A stretch of 64,000 nt of DNA from Candidatus Poribacteria bacterium (GCA_965220415.1 OZ244829.1:2217209-2281208); one strand, 5' to 3'. Numbered from the stretch's first letter, positions 9,911 through 19,118 are shown. The notes: generated by a model from the sequence alone, not told the origin. Program-made: numbers and translations.

Positions 9911-10176
9911 TTATACTCGACGCTGCTGAGAATTGCTTATTTTGTAGGAGCGATCTCCGAATCGCGACCTATTTAAATCTTGGTAGCCCCAGAGGAGATC
10001 AAGCGAATGAATAATGAGCGAACAGCGAAGGCGATAGAGATCCCATAGGAATCCCACAGATGGAAACTGCGGACGTTACCCTATTCAATATTCGTTCGCT
10101 TGGTACTGTCTCTACAATCGGCGAAGCAAGCCTTAAATCTTGAAAAGCGCAATTTCTGACAGCGCACAGTATAAAA
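9911..10176. repeat. MITE/REP-like element, family 1 copy A (modules 1+2) with ~26-bp imperfect TIRs
   Basis: Left end TTATACTCGACGCTGCTGAGAATTGC; right end GCGCAATTTCTGACAGCGCACAGTATAAAA is its imperfect reverse complement. Contains GTAG-led TGTAGGAGCGATCTCC and a GATCAAGCGA...GCGATAGAGATCCC module. Confidence 0.6.
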
Positions 10177-10313
10177 CCTAGTGTGGCAGTAACATCTTCC
10201 ATTTCTTTGAGTTTATCAGGTGAAGGAATCTCATTCTATCATGCCGGCGGTTTCAGAAGTGAGTGTCCCAAGAATCGGTTACATTCGAGAGGATTTTGGC
10301 ATACGGAGGCGGC

Positions 10314-11507
10314 ATGGCTCCTAGTGCGCTAAACGGTGTGAAAGTTCTGGATCTATCACGGCATTTGGCGGGTCCCTACTGCGCCATGATGCTTGGAGAT
10401 TTGGGTGCCGAAGTCATCAAGGTCGAGCGCCCAGGCACAGGTGACGAAACACGTCAGTGGCAACCGCCGTTTGCCGGCAGCGAGTCAGCGTATTACCTTT
10501 GCTGTAATCGTAACAAGAAAAGCCTCACACTCAATCTCAAACACGAGCGCGGTGTCGAAATCGCGCGAACGCTTGCCGAGAAGAGCGATGTGTTAATTGA
10601 GAACTTTCGTATTGGCGGGGCTAAGGAACTTGGTCTCGGCTATGACGAACTCAAGCAGGTAAATCCACGCTTAATCTACTGCTCAATCAGCGGTTTTGGT
10701 CACACGGGGCCTGATCGGGAATTGCCGGGCTACGACCTCATGATTCAAGCCAGAGGCGGTATCATGTCCATCACCGGCGAGCGGAATGGCACGCCCACGA
10801 AAATTGGCGTTGCCATCGCCGATGTCGCCACGGCGTTGTTTGCCTGTAACGCTATTCTCGCGGCGTTGTTCGTACGCGAACGTACGGGGGAAGGACAGCA
10901 TCTTGATACCGCACTACTTGACTCCCAGATTGCGCTGCTGGCGAACGTTGGCAGCAACTACCTCTGCTCGGGTGAAGTGCCTCAACGTTGGGGAAACGCG
11001 CACTCCGGAATTGTACCCTACCAAGCCTTCAAGGCGGCTGATGATTACCTCGTGCTGGCTATCGGAAATGATCGTCAGTGGCAACGGTTTTGTAAAGCAG
11101 CCGGTGCTGAACGTTTAGGGAATGATGAACGATTTGCTACAAACTCAAAACGAGTCGCAAACCGTGACGCTTTAATCCCGTCACTAGAGAATCTATTTCA
11201 GGGCCGAACTGTCGCCGACTGGCTGCAAATCTGCGGAGATGCCGATGTGCCTGCGGGGCCCGTGAACACACTTGATGCGGTCTTTGCAGATCCACAGGCA
11301 CTGGCACGAGGTATGTTGGTAGAGATGCCCCATCCGACAGCCCACACAATGCGGTTGGCGGGATCGCCGCTCAACCTCTCGGCAACGCCGGTGCAAATGC
11401 GTCTCCCGCCACCACTGCTCGGAGAACACACAGACGAGATTCTCGCAAGTGCACTGGGATTCGATGAATCCACCATCGCCAATCTCCGACAGGTTGGCGC
11501 CGTCTGA
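10314..11507 (+). CDS. CoA-transferase family III (CaiB/BaiF-type) protein
   Basis: GVKVLDLSRHLAGPYCAMMLGDLGAEVIKVERPG N-terminal signature and the conserved Asp region (GYDLMIQARGGIMSITG). ATG at 10314 follows GGAGGCGG (the track start at 10263 is an upstream extension). Confidence 0.85.
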   Translation: MAPSALNGVKVLDLSRHLAGPYCAMMLGDLGAEVIKVERPGTGDETRQWQPPFAGSESAYYLCCNRNKKSLTLNLKHERGVEIARTLAEKSDVLIENFRIGGAKELGLGYDELKQVNPRLIYCSISGFGHTGPDRELPGYDLMIQARGGIMSITGERNGTPTKIGVAIADVATALFACNAILAALFVRERTGEGQHLDTALLDSQIALLANVGSNYLCSGEVPQRWGNAHSGIVPYQAFKAADDYLVLAIGNDRQWQRFCKAAGAERLGNDERFATNSKRVANRDALIPSLENLFQGRTVADWLQICGDADVPAGPVNTLDAVFADPQALARGMLVEMPHPTAHTMRLAGSPLNLSATPVQMRLPPPLLGEHTDEILASALGFDESTIANLRQVGAV

Positions 11508-13056
11508 GGAGGGAAGGATTAGAGCATTGTACGAGGCGAAATCTCACATCACATGTTGCACCTGCGGTGCTTTTCCTCCGGTATCACCCCTTCTACTTTT
11601 CTGCTTTCTCCTCTTAAGCAGTTGCGCAAAACCCGTCACGATTGATGTTTCTGAATCACGAGGACAGAGCGACCCATTCCAGCGGTTGCAACAAGAAATC
11701 GAAACGAATCTGTATGATCCGCTGCTTGCTCCTTCGAATGTCGGCATAAAGGTCGTTTCGGTAACAACGGGTGAAGTTCTCTATGAAGCCGGCGCCGACA
11801 AGTTATATCATCCCGCCTCCACTATGAAACTGCTTACCTCGGCGACGGCACTTGTGAAGCTAAAACCAAACTATCGCTTCCACACAACGCTCTATGCCGA
11901 AGACATTGAAGGGGTTCGCGTCCGAGGGAATCTCTACCTCAAGGGGAGAGGAGACCCTCTACTTGCCGTTGAAGATTTGGTAGAGATGGTTGAAACGCTT
12001 TTTCATTCCGGGGTCAAAGAGATTGACGGTGATATTGTCGTCGATGACACCCATTTTGATGACGTCCCCAAGGGTAAGGGCTGGATGTGGGACGACGGTC
12101 CGATTGGCGGGTATTATTCACATCAGAGCGCGTTGACAATTAATCACAACGGCGTCACGGTTACCTTAGCGCCCGGCACTGAGGTGGGAGAACCGGTCCG
12201 CGTAACGCTTAATCCGCCGACGGAATACCTGAAAGTTGTCAACAATGCGACAACCGTCGCTGCTTCAGAGAACACAACCTTACACATCGAACGCCAATCA
12301 AAACCCGTTCCAGCCAATGTGTTGACAATTCGTGGCTCTATGCCAGTCAGCCAAGAGAAGGTGCGCCGACAAGTGGACATCATCAATCCCGCTCTGTTTT
12401 GCGGAACACTGTTAAAGGAGGCGCTTGACCGGAGGGGCATCCCGGTGCAAGGGGTAATCCGGCAAGGGGTGGTTGCGGATGACGTGACCGAAATTGGAGT
12501 CCATACCTCGTTGCCGCTCTCTCTCATCGTCCGGAGGATGAATAAACGGAGCGATAATCTGATTGCCGAGTTGCTGTTGAAGACGATTGGTGCAGAAATG
12601 ATTGGACCACCCGGTACGTCACAGAAAGGATTGCGAGTAATTAGCGAGTTTCTGGGTGAAGGCGGGATGGCTAATGCTCAGTCTACGCTGGCGGATGGGT
12701 CGGGCGTCTCGCGCTACAATCTTTTATCTGCTTCAATGCTCACGAACTTACTGGTGTACGTGTTCCAAGATTTTTCGGTGATGCCGGAGTATCTCACGTC
12801 GCTTCCGGTTGCCGGTGTCGATGGAACGCTTTCATGGCGGATGAAGGAATCGGAAGCCGAAGGGGTTCTGCGTGCCAAAACCGGTACAATGCGGGGGATA
12901 ACAACGCTTGCCGGGTACGCAATGACGGCGGACGGTGAAATCCTCGCGTTTGCTATGTTGATGAGCAACTATGTAGGTTCGTCCAATCCTCGCCGCGCGT
13001 TACAGGACAAAATCGGGAACGCCCTTACACGATTCAGCCGTATGCGCAGGGAATAA
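11449..13056 (+). CDS. dacB: D-alanyl-D-alanine carboxypeptidase/endopeptidase, PBP4 family (peptidase S13), lipoprotein
   Basis: SxxK (ASTMK), SxN (KRSDN) and KTG (AKTGTMRG) motifs, and a lipobox LLLSSC. The start is uncertain: the ATG at 11449 overlaps the upstream gene by 59 bp, and an in-frame TTG at ~11527 just before the signal peptide is plausible. Confidence 0.85.
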   Translation: MHWDSMNPPSPISDRLAPSEEGRIRALYEAKSHITCCTCGAFPPVSPLLLFCFLLLSSCAKPVTIDVSESRGQSDPFQRLQQEIETNLYDPLLAPSNVGIKVVSVTTGEVLYEAGADKLYHPASTMKLLTSATALVKLKPNYRFHTTLYAEDIEGVRVRGNLYLKGRGDPLLAVEDLVEMVETLFHSGVKEIDGDIVVDDTHFDDVPKGKGWMWDDGPIGGYYSHQSALTINHNGVTVTLAPGTEVGEPVRVTLNPPTEYLKVVNNATTVAASENTTLHIERQSKPVPANVLTIRGSMPVSQEKVRRQVDIINPALFCGTLLKEALDRRGIPVQGVIRQGVVADDVTEIGVHTSLPLSLIVRRMNKRSDNLIAELLLKTIGAEMIGPPGTSQKGLRVISEFLGEGGMANAQSTLADGSGVSRYNLLSASMLTNLLVYVFQDFSVMPEYLTSLPVAGVDGTLSWRMKESEAEGVLRAKTGTMRGITTLAGYAMTADGEILAFAMLMSNYVGSSNPRRALQDKIGNALTRFSRMRRE

Positions 13057-13062
13057 CGATTT

Positions 13063-13644
13063 TTATTCTTTGCACCTCTCTATTTGCGTTGTTCGGTTAA
13101 CCGGGTTTTCCTCGTCCAACGCCCAGTTCCGCGGGTTGTTTTTGATATAGGTACGGATATCGTCCAATGATTCATCGTCACGGATGACATGGTCGTAAAA
13201 GGAGCGCTGCCACAATTTTGCATTAAATGGTTTCCAACCCTTTGTTTTGACGCCTTCGATATACAACCTGGTTGTCAACGATTTGAATCGGTGTACAACC
13301 TCAGACAAGGAAAATGTAGGGACAACCCCCCGTGGTTGTCCGTTTGGGTTGAAACGCGCTTCGTTTGGGACGGCACGGGGGCCGTCCCCTACAATGATAA
13401 TTATTCCGTGCAAATGATTAGGCATTATCTGGAATTGGTCTGTCCGTATACCGTGATAAAATATCGATAATTCATGCCAGGTTTTTGCCACCATTTTTCC
13501 TGCGGCATTTGGAATCATCTGACCATCAACGATTTTACCAAATAATTCCTTTCGATTTTGCGTGCAGATTGTCACAAAATAATATCCCGGCTGAGAATAA
13601 TCGTAATGCTGTAGCCGATTCGGTTTTCGGATTTGGTTATTCAT
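13063..13644 (-). CDS. IS200/IS605-like Y1 (HuH) transposase of the REP-associated (RAYT) type
   Basis: YYFVTICT N-terminal strand, HuH motif MPNHLHGII, and C-terminal WQRSFYDHVIRD...YIKNNP. Annotated from the internal ATG (MNNQIRKPNRLQHYDY...); a TTG at 13668 extends it by 8 aa. A REP-like hairpin module is translated in-frame between the HuH motif and the C-terminal half. Confidence 0.8.
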   Translation of the reverse strand: MNNQIRKPNRLQHYDYSQPGYYFVTICTQNRKELFGKIVDGQMIPNAAGKMVAKTWHELSIFYHGIRTDQFQIMPNHLHGIIIIVGDGPRAVPNEARFNPNGQPRGVVPTFSLSEVVHRFKSLTTRLYIEGVKTKGWKPFNAKLWQRSFYDHVIRDDESLDDIRTYIKNNPRNWALDEENPVNRTTQIERCKE

Positions 13645-14128
13645 AATCCGTGCGGATTGTAGGGACAACCCCCCTGTGGTTGTCCGTTGGGGTTAATACG
13701 TGCTTCATTCGGGACAGCACGGGGACCGTCCCCTACAATGACAATTATTCCGTGCAAATGGTCACAAAATAATATCCTGCATGGGGATAATCGTAATACT
13801 GTAACCGATTCGGTTTTCGGGTTGGTTATTCATAATCCGTGCGGATTGTAGGGACAACCCCCTGTGGTTGTCCGTTGGGGGTTGATACGTGCTTCATTCG
13901 GGACGGCACGGGGACCGTCCCCTACAATGACAACTATTCCGTGCAAATGATCACAAAATAGTATCCCGCATGGGGACAATCGTAACACTGTAGCCGATTC
14001 GGTTTTCCGGTTTGGTTATTCATAATTCGTGCGGATTGTAGGGACAACCCCCCGTGGTTGTCCGTTGGGGTTGATACGTACTTCATTCGGGACGGCACGG
14101 GGACCGTCCCCTACATTTCCTAAACCCC
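13315..14128. repeat. Tandem array (~3 units of ~190 bp plus a half unit) of RAYT 5'-end + GTAG-led paired GC-rich hairpins (REP-like)
   Basis: Units start at 13580, 13771 and 13961 and end at ~14125. Each carries TGTAGGGACAACCCCC(C)GTGGTTGTCCG (GTAG + GGACAACC/GGTTGTCC hairpin) and GGGACGGCACGGGGACCGTCCCC (second hairpin), followed by a copy of the first ~100 nt of the transposase ORF. Extra-genic copies carry a 1-bp deletion that frameshifts the N-terminal peptide. An additional hairpin module sits at 13315-13417 inside the gene. Confidence 0.8.
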
Positions 14129-15235
14129 TCATATCAATCGGTCATAAACTGCTTGTACCTGCTCCACGTGCTTGGTGATGCTGAAATGGCGCTCGGCGTG
14201 CGCTCGCGCCGCTCGTCCCATCTGCCTACAAAGCGATGGATTCCGTATCATTTGCACGATTTTAGCTGTGATGCCTTCAATAGGAAATTGTGGAATCACC
14301 CACCCTGTATTACCATCGTCAATCATGTCTATCGCGCTTCCAACCGGCGTGCCAATGACCGGTTTGCCAGCCGCCATGGCTTCCGGGATGACACTTCCCG
14401 CCGAGAGAGTTACGAGAAGATCCAGCCCGTGCATCACTGCTGGCATGTCCTCGCGATGACCTGTGCAGGTAACATATTCCGTAAGATTCAATTCAGAGAT
14501 TAACCGGCGCAGTTCCCGCTCGTACGCAAGGTGCTCGGAGTTAGATTGCGTTCCGCCAATAATCAGAAAACTGACATCTTTGCACGCTTTAAGGACATGC
14601 GATGCTATCTTGACAAATTCCTTCTGACGCTTAAATGGTTCAATCCGTCCCACTATGCCTATCACGAATCGCCGCAGTGTAAATTCTTGCCGGAGGGTAT
14701 TCGGTTTAACTCCTATTGATTCAAACGCGTCCAAATCCACACAGTTCACAATGACTTCAATCTTGTTGGGCGAAATACCAGCCTCAAGAAATGGAGGCGT
14801 GTATCGCTTCGAAATTGAGATAATAGCGGACATGTTGTGGAAGCCGTACTTTGTCACCTGATCGAGGCGAATAGGAGCCTTAACATGAGAGATGATCGGA
14901 ATCCTACACTGACGGGCTACGCGAAGTGCGTAGGGATTGTGCCACGAATCGGAAGCATGAATCAGTCGAATCTCCTGTTCTGTAGCAAGTTGAACGAACC
15001 GAGATGCCGCAGCATAGCGGTGAAGTATGTTTTTCCACTTTCGCCACCCGGGTAGTGTATGGATAACGGTATCGATTCCTGCCTCACGCAGTTGCTTCGG
15101 GAATACGCCATCATCGGGACAGACTACAATTGGCTGATAGCGGCTCCAATCCAGATTGGTAACGAGATAGAACAGTTGGCGTTCAGCGCCGCCGAAGATT
15201 GAACCGCTCAGGTATAAGATGCGTGTCATAATCAC
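14129..15235 (-). CDS. Glycosyltransferase family 4 (GT-B, group 1)
   Basis: 368 aa; N-terminal acceptor domain and a C-terminal EX7E-like region typical of GT4. No signal peptide. Confidence 0.8.
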   Translation of the reverse strand: MIMTRILYLSGSIFGGAERQLFYLVTNLDWSRYQPIVVCPDDGVFPKQLREAGIDTVIHTLPGWRKWKNILHRYAAASRFVQLATEQEIRLIHASDSWHNPYALRVARQCRIPIISHVKAPIRLDQVTKYGFHNMSAIISISKRYTPPFLEAGISPNKIEVIVNCVDLDAFESIGVKPNTLRQEFTLRRFVIGIVGRIEPFKRQKEFVKIASHVLKACKDVSFLIIGGTQSNSEHLAYERELRRLISELNLTEYVTCTGHREDMPAVMHGLDLLVTLSAGSVIPEAMAAGKPVIGTPVGSAIDMIDDGNTGWVIPQFPIEGITAKIVQMIRNPSLCRQMGRAARAHAERHFSITKHVEQVQAVYDRLI

Positions 15236-15475
15236 GTTTGGAGTTGGATTGATGAGGTAAATGGAATTTGCGTATCTTGGTACAAATCCGATTAGCTGTC
15301 AAGAGTAATCCCTCTACTTCCATGCGTCGCTTTAAGTATTTGAAACTAATTCGCAATCAGTAAGTGACAAGTGTGGAGATTGGAGGTAATATTCAGGTTC
15401 AGACTTGGAACCAATTGTGAGATTGGCGACCTGTTTATGCGCAATCTCGTACGACGTACGTCATTGCCTAAAATT

Positions 15476-16735
15476 ATGAAACTCAACCTAGTCGACCGTA
15501 AACCGCGTGTTCTTTTGTTGCTGCCGATGCGAACGTATCGCGCGCGCGATTTCTTGTCCGCCGCACGGCAACTCGACGTGGAAGTTGTCATCGCGTCAGA
15601 CCATCCGCAAACACTCTCCAAACTGTCGCCGCTGAAGTCGCTTTCGCTAGATTTTCATTGTCCGGAACCGGCCATGCAAAAAATCGCCGCATTTGCAAAA
15701 AACCACCCGATTGATGCTGTTATCGGCGTGGACGACGACACCACCATCCTTGGCACTATGGCAGCAAGAAAATTGTCGCTTCCACACAACACGATTGAAT
15801 CTGCCTATGCGACGCGGGACAAACATCAACTGCGAAAAATGCTTGTCAAGGCGGGCCTCCGTGCTCCGTGGTTCAAACTACGGTCTGTTAATGAAAACCC
15901 GGAGAAGATTGCGAATCAGATTGATTACCCTTGTGTCCTAAAGCCTCTTTCCCTTTCGGCGAGCCGAGGTGTTGTTCGCGCAAACGACCCAGCGAAATTC
16001 ACGGAGGCCTTTCATAGGGTGGTTGCCATCCTCCAATCATCAAACGAGGAAAACGAGCATCAGATTAATACGGAACATCTGCTAATAGAAGGCTTCATCC
16101 CTGGAACCGAGGTTGCGCTTGAAGGCATATTGGTTAGAGGAAAACTGAAGGTGCTTGCCATTTTCGACAAGCCGGATCCGTTAGATGGTCCTTTTTTCGA
16201 GGAAACACTCTACATAACACCGTCTCGACTTTCACCCGATGTTCAGCAGGAGATTTCTTCTTGCACAGCAGATGCGGCGAAGGCGCTGGGTTTGAGGGAG
16301 GGACCGGTACATGCCGAGCTTCGGATAAAGGACGGCTGTGCTTGGATGCTTGAAATCGCGCCTCGATCAATCGGGGGGTTATGCGCTCGCATCCTTCGCT
16401 TCGGCACCGGAATGTCATTAGAAGAATTGATTATCCGTCATGCCATTGGTCAGGACGTTGCTTCACTTGAACGCGAAGGAGCAGCCGCCGGCGTGATGAT
16501 GATTCCCATTCCGCACGCCGGAATCCTGCGAGAAGTGAGCGGTCAGGAACGAGCGGCGGCGGTAGAGAGGATTGAGGAGGTCGCAATTACGATTCCCATC
16601 GGTCAGGAAGTTGTGCCGCTGCCGGAGGGAAAACGCTACCTCGGATTCATCTTTGCGCGCGGCGACACTCCCGTTCATGTTGAAACTGCTCTGCGGGAAG
16701 CGCATCATCAACTAGAGTTTGCCATCAAACCATAG
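15476..16735 (+). CDS. ATP-grasp domain protein (carboxylate-amine/thiol ligase family)
   Basis: ATP-grasp core (KHQLRKMLVKAGLRAPWF...YPCVLKPLSLSASRGVVRAND, EGFIPGTEVALEGILVRGK). Probable start is the internal Met (MKLNLVDRKPRV...) at 15476. Transcribed divergently from the GT4 gene. Confidence 0.7.
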   Translation: MKLNLVDRKPRVLLLLPMRTYRARDFLSAARQLDVEVVIASDHPQTLSKLSPLKSLSLDFHCPEPAMQKIAAFAKNHPIDAVIGVDDDTTILGTMAARKLSLPHNTIESAYATRDKHQLRKMLVKAGLRAPWFKLRSVNENPEKIANQIDYPCVLKPLSLSASRGVVRANDPAKFTEAFHRVVAILQSSNEENEHQINTEHLLIEGFIPGTEVALEGILVRGKLKVLAIFDKPDPLDGPFFEETLYITPSRLSPDVQQEISSCTADAAKALGLREGPVHAELRIKDGCAWMLEIAPRSIGGLCARILRFGTGMSLEELIIRHAIGQDVASLEREGAAAGVMMIPIPHAGILREVSGQERAAAVERIEEVAITIPIGQEVVPLPEGKRYLGFIFARGDTPVHVETALREAHHQLEFAIKP

Positions 16736-16826
16736 ATGCAGTTACGCCCCACTGCCGCATACAAGACAGGAGCATCTGTTGCGCCGACGATAGCGCCCAC
16801 CCGGTAAATTCTGGATGACAAAACGA

Positions 16827-16855
16827 TTGCAAATCCCTAGGAAATCCATTATAAT
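16827..16855 (+). promoter_or_regulatory. Putative sigma70-type promoter for tatA-tatC (-35 TTGCAA, 17-nt spacer, -10 TATAAT)
   Basis: TTGCAA 16827-16832 and TATAAT 16850-16855 with an exact 17-nt spacer; about 80 bp upstream of tatA, whose RBS is AAGGAGG. Confidence 0.4.
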
Positions 16856-16936
16856 TACATAATCTCCTGTACACGATTGTCAACCTCTAGACGTGAAATT
16901 ACGCTGATAAATAAGGCTTAAGGAGGAGTTGGAACG

Positions 16937-17179
16937 ATGGGTGCACCGGGCGTATGGGAAGTGATTATTATCCTCGTGGTTGTCCTTGTGATATTTGGAC
17001 CTAAACGTCTACCGGAAATGGGACGATCACTTGGAAAGGCAATTCGAGAATTTAAAAGCGCCGGCAAGGAGGTTCAAAGAGAATTTACGGAATCGATAGA
17101 CCCCGACGCGGATTCGACAAAGCCTGCACCCCGAGACACTAAGGCAGGTTCAACCAAGCCGGAGAACAAAGGGACGTAG
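16937..17179 (+). CDS. tatA: Twin-arginine translocase subunit TatA/E
   Basis: N-terminal TM helix then amphipathic helix ([32 protein letters not shown]), 80 aa, strong RBS. Confidence 0.85.
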   Translation: MGAPGVWEVIIILVVVLVIFGPKRLPEMGRSLGKAIREFKSAGKEVQREFTESIDPDADSTKPAPRDTKAGSTKPENKGT

Positions 17180-17194
17180 TCGACGAACGGCACC

Positions 17195-18025
17195 ATGTCA
17201 AATCCCGAAGATGCGTCAATGACTTTTTGGGAACATCTTGAAGAATTGAGACGGCGGCTTATTGTGATAGCAATCGCAATCTGCGCCTTCACTTTTCTAA
17301 GTCTAGGCTTTAGCCGGCCAATCGAGAATGTCCTGCGATTCCCGATGGAGACCTCCATCAACACCATACTGGCAGGCATCATTGACCGTACAGTTGGCGT
17401 AGAGGGGTCAATGATGGGTTTCCTCTCTGTTTCCCTGAAAGCAGGCGCATCAATTGTTGAAGCCGAACTGCTAAAAATTGGGCCGGTCGAAGGGATTATG
17501 GCATACCTAAAGATTAGCATAGCTTGCGGCTTGCTACTCGCTTCTCCGATTGTGCTCTATCAAATCTGGGCATTCATTTTTCCAGCTTTGACACAAAAAG
17601 AAAAAAAGTTTGCTCTACCGCTTTTCCTCGTTATTGTCGCCTTTTTTGTGGTCGGCGTCATATTTGCTTACCTAATTGTCACTCCGACCGTCCTTCACTT
17701 TTCCGCCAACCTTTTTCCCAACATGGCGAACCGTTGGGACATCGAAAAATACGTGAACTTCATCACCCGACTACTATTAGGGTTTGGTATCGCGTTTGAA
17801 CTTCCGATTGTCATGGCGTTTCTGTCTTGGATCGGAGTGGTCAACTCACGCGGATTTCGAGAGAAACAGAGTTTTGCCGTCGTGGGAATCTTTGTCATGT
17901 CGGCGCTGCTGACTCCGGCAGACCCGCTCTCCATGTTCCTGATGGCAGTTCCGCTAATCGTACTATACCAGTTGGGGATCTTTTTTGCCTTTCTCCTTGA
18001 ACGGGAATCCGAAAGCTATGCCTAA
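17195..18025 (+). CDS. tatC: Twin-arginine translocase subunit TatC
   Basis: Six predicted TM helices and the conserved TFWEHLEELRRRL N-terminal motif; lies 15 bp after tatA. Confidence 0.9.
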   Translation: MSNPEDASMTFWEHLEELRRRLIVIAIAICAFTFLSLGFSRPIENVLRFPMETSINTILAGIIDRTVGVEGSMMGFLSVSLKAGASIVEAELLKIGPVEGIMAYLKISIACGLLLASPIVLYQIWAFIFPALTQKEKKFALPLFLVIVAFFVVGVIFAYLIVTPTVLHFSANLFPNMANRWDIEKYVNFITRLLLGFGIAFELPIVMAFLSWIGVVNSRGFREKQSFAVVGIFVMSALLTPADPLSMFLMAVPLIVLYQLGIFFAFLLERESESYA

Positions 18026-18770
18026 TTCCAATCTACAAGAGCAACTTGGCTTGCTTCACCAACTTCAACAACTTGAACTGACCATCTTGTCATTGCATCA
18101 ACAACGCCAAGCCATACCGCTAAAGATTGCAAAGCTGGAAGAAGGTTTTCAGGTACATCAGGGGGCATTGGACGCAAAGAAAGAAGCGCTCGCGGAGGCG
18201 GAACGAGAATTGCGTTCAAAAAATGCGGAACTTACGGATCAACAGGAGCAACGTGGAAAATACGAAACTCAACTGCGTGAAGTGAAAACCAACAAGGAAT
18301 ACCAAGCACTGGATAACGAAATCAGATTTTCACAGGAAAAGGAAGCAGAAATTGAAGATGCTATCCTCGGATTCATGTTGGATATCGATCGATTTCAAGA
18401 GGAGCTTCGGCAGGCGCAGGCTTCCTTTAACGCAGAGAAAGAGAAAGTCAGTAGCCGGAAAGCCACATACGAACAGGAGGGGAGAGATTTAGAAGCGGCG
18501 GTCACGGCGCAGCAGCAGAAACGCACACGTTTTTCGCCTGACATAGATAAGGAGTTGATGACCGGTTATCAAGCGTGGGGTAGGCGCAACAAATCAGCGT
18601 TTGTGTCGATAGTAAAAAATAATGCATGCGGCGGTTGCCGAATCGCAATCCCACCCCAGACACTCAAGGAAGCCCGCAAATTCGAAAAGGTTGTCCAGTG
18701 CTCCAGCTGCAAACGTATCATTTACCCCCTGCCTCAAGAAGAAAAAGAAGCCGATCAAGCGAGTGGATAA
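18018..18770 (+). CDS. Zinc-ribbon domain protein (COG1579 family) with long coiled coil
   Basis: Coiled-coil body followed by a C-terminal CGGC...C(x2)C zinc ribbon (ACGGCRIAIPPQ...VQCSSCKRI). Its ATG at 18018 overlaps the tatC stop by 8 bp. Confidence 0.7.
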   Translation: MPNSNLQEQLGLLHQLQQLELTILSLHQQRQAIPLKIAKLEEGFQVHQGALDAKKEALAEAERELRSKNAELTDQQEQRGKYETQLREVKTNKEYQALDNEIRFSQEKEAEIEDAILGFMLDIDRFQEELRQAQASFNAEKEKVSSRKATYEQEGRDLEAAVTAQQQKRTRFSPDIDKELMTGYQAWGRRNKSAFVSIVKNNACGGCRIAIPPQTLKEARKFEKVVQCSSCKRIIYPLPQEEKEADQASG

Positions 18771-18960
18771 CGAGCGCGATAGAAATACTTTCAAGCGAAC
18801 GCATAGTGCGCAAGATTTCCATTCGCCTTGGGATCTCTATCGCGGTGGCTGTTTGCTCCGTTGATCCTATTCGGTCAGTTGATCGAAAGAGACCCTTTCA
18901 AGCGAGTGGATAACAAGCAGGATTTACTATTGCAGTCACTGTCCATGTCCATTGATCGAT
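18760..18960. repeat. Two copies of dispersed-repeat module 2 (CAAGCGAGTGGATAAC[GA]AG...GATAGAAAT)
   Basis: CAAGCGAGTGGATAACGAGCGCGATAGAAAT at 18762 and CAAGCGAGTGGATAACAAGCAGGAT at 18898. The module is shared with 9995-10040, 42735-42790, 52142-52240, 58060-58150 and 59498-59600. Confidence 0.4.
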
Positions 18961-19068
18961 AGAAATCCTACCAGCCTTGTTGGAATCGGAATTTGGCGCC
19001 AGTGCAAATTTTTTTTGAGGTTGATTATCCTACCGCTCCGAGTCATCAAGGTAAAACAAGGCATGAAA

Positions 19069-19090
19069 GCGCGGGACGTTGTGCCCGCGC
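19069..19090 (-). terminator. Possible intrinsic terminator of the 1310-aa surface-protein gene
   Basis: GCGCGGG-ACGTTGTG-CCCGCGC hairpin lies 30 nt downstream of the minus-strand stop (19119-19121) and is followed on that strand by TTTCAT. Confidence 0.35.
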
Positions 19091-19118
19091 TATTGAGAAA
19101 AGGAAGAATCCATCCCTC

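Noticed and set aside
13315-14128. Possible CRISPR array (regularly spaced repeats)
   Set aside because: Units are ~190 bp with no alternating unique spacers. The entire unit is repeated, including part of the transposase coding sequence, so this is a tandem duplication/REP array, not a CRISPR. No cas genes are nearby.
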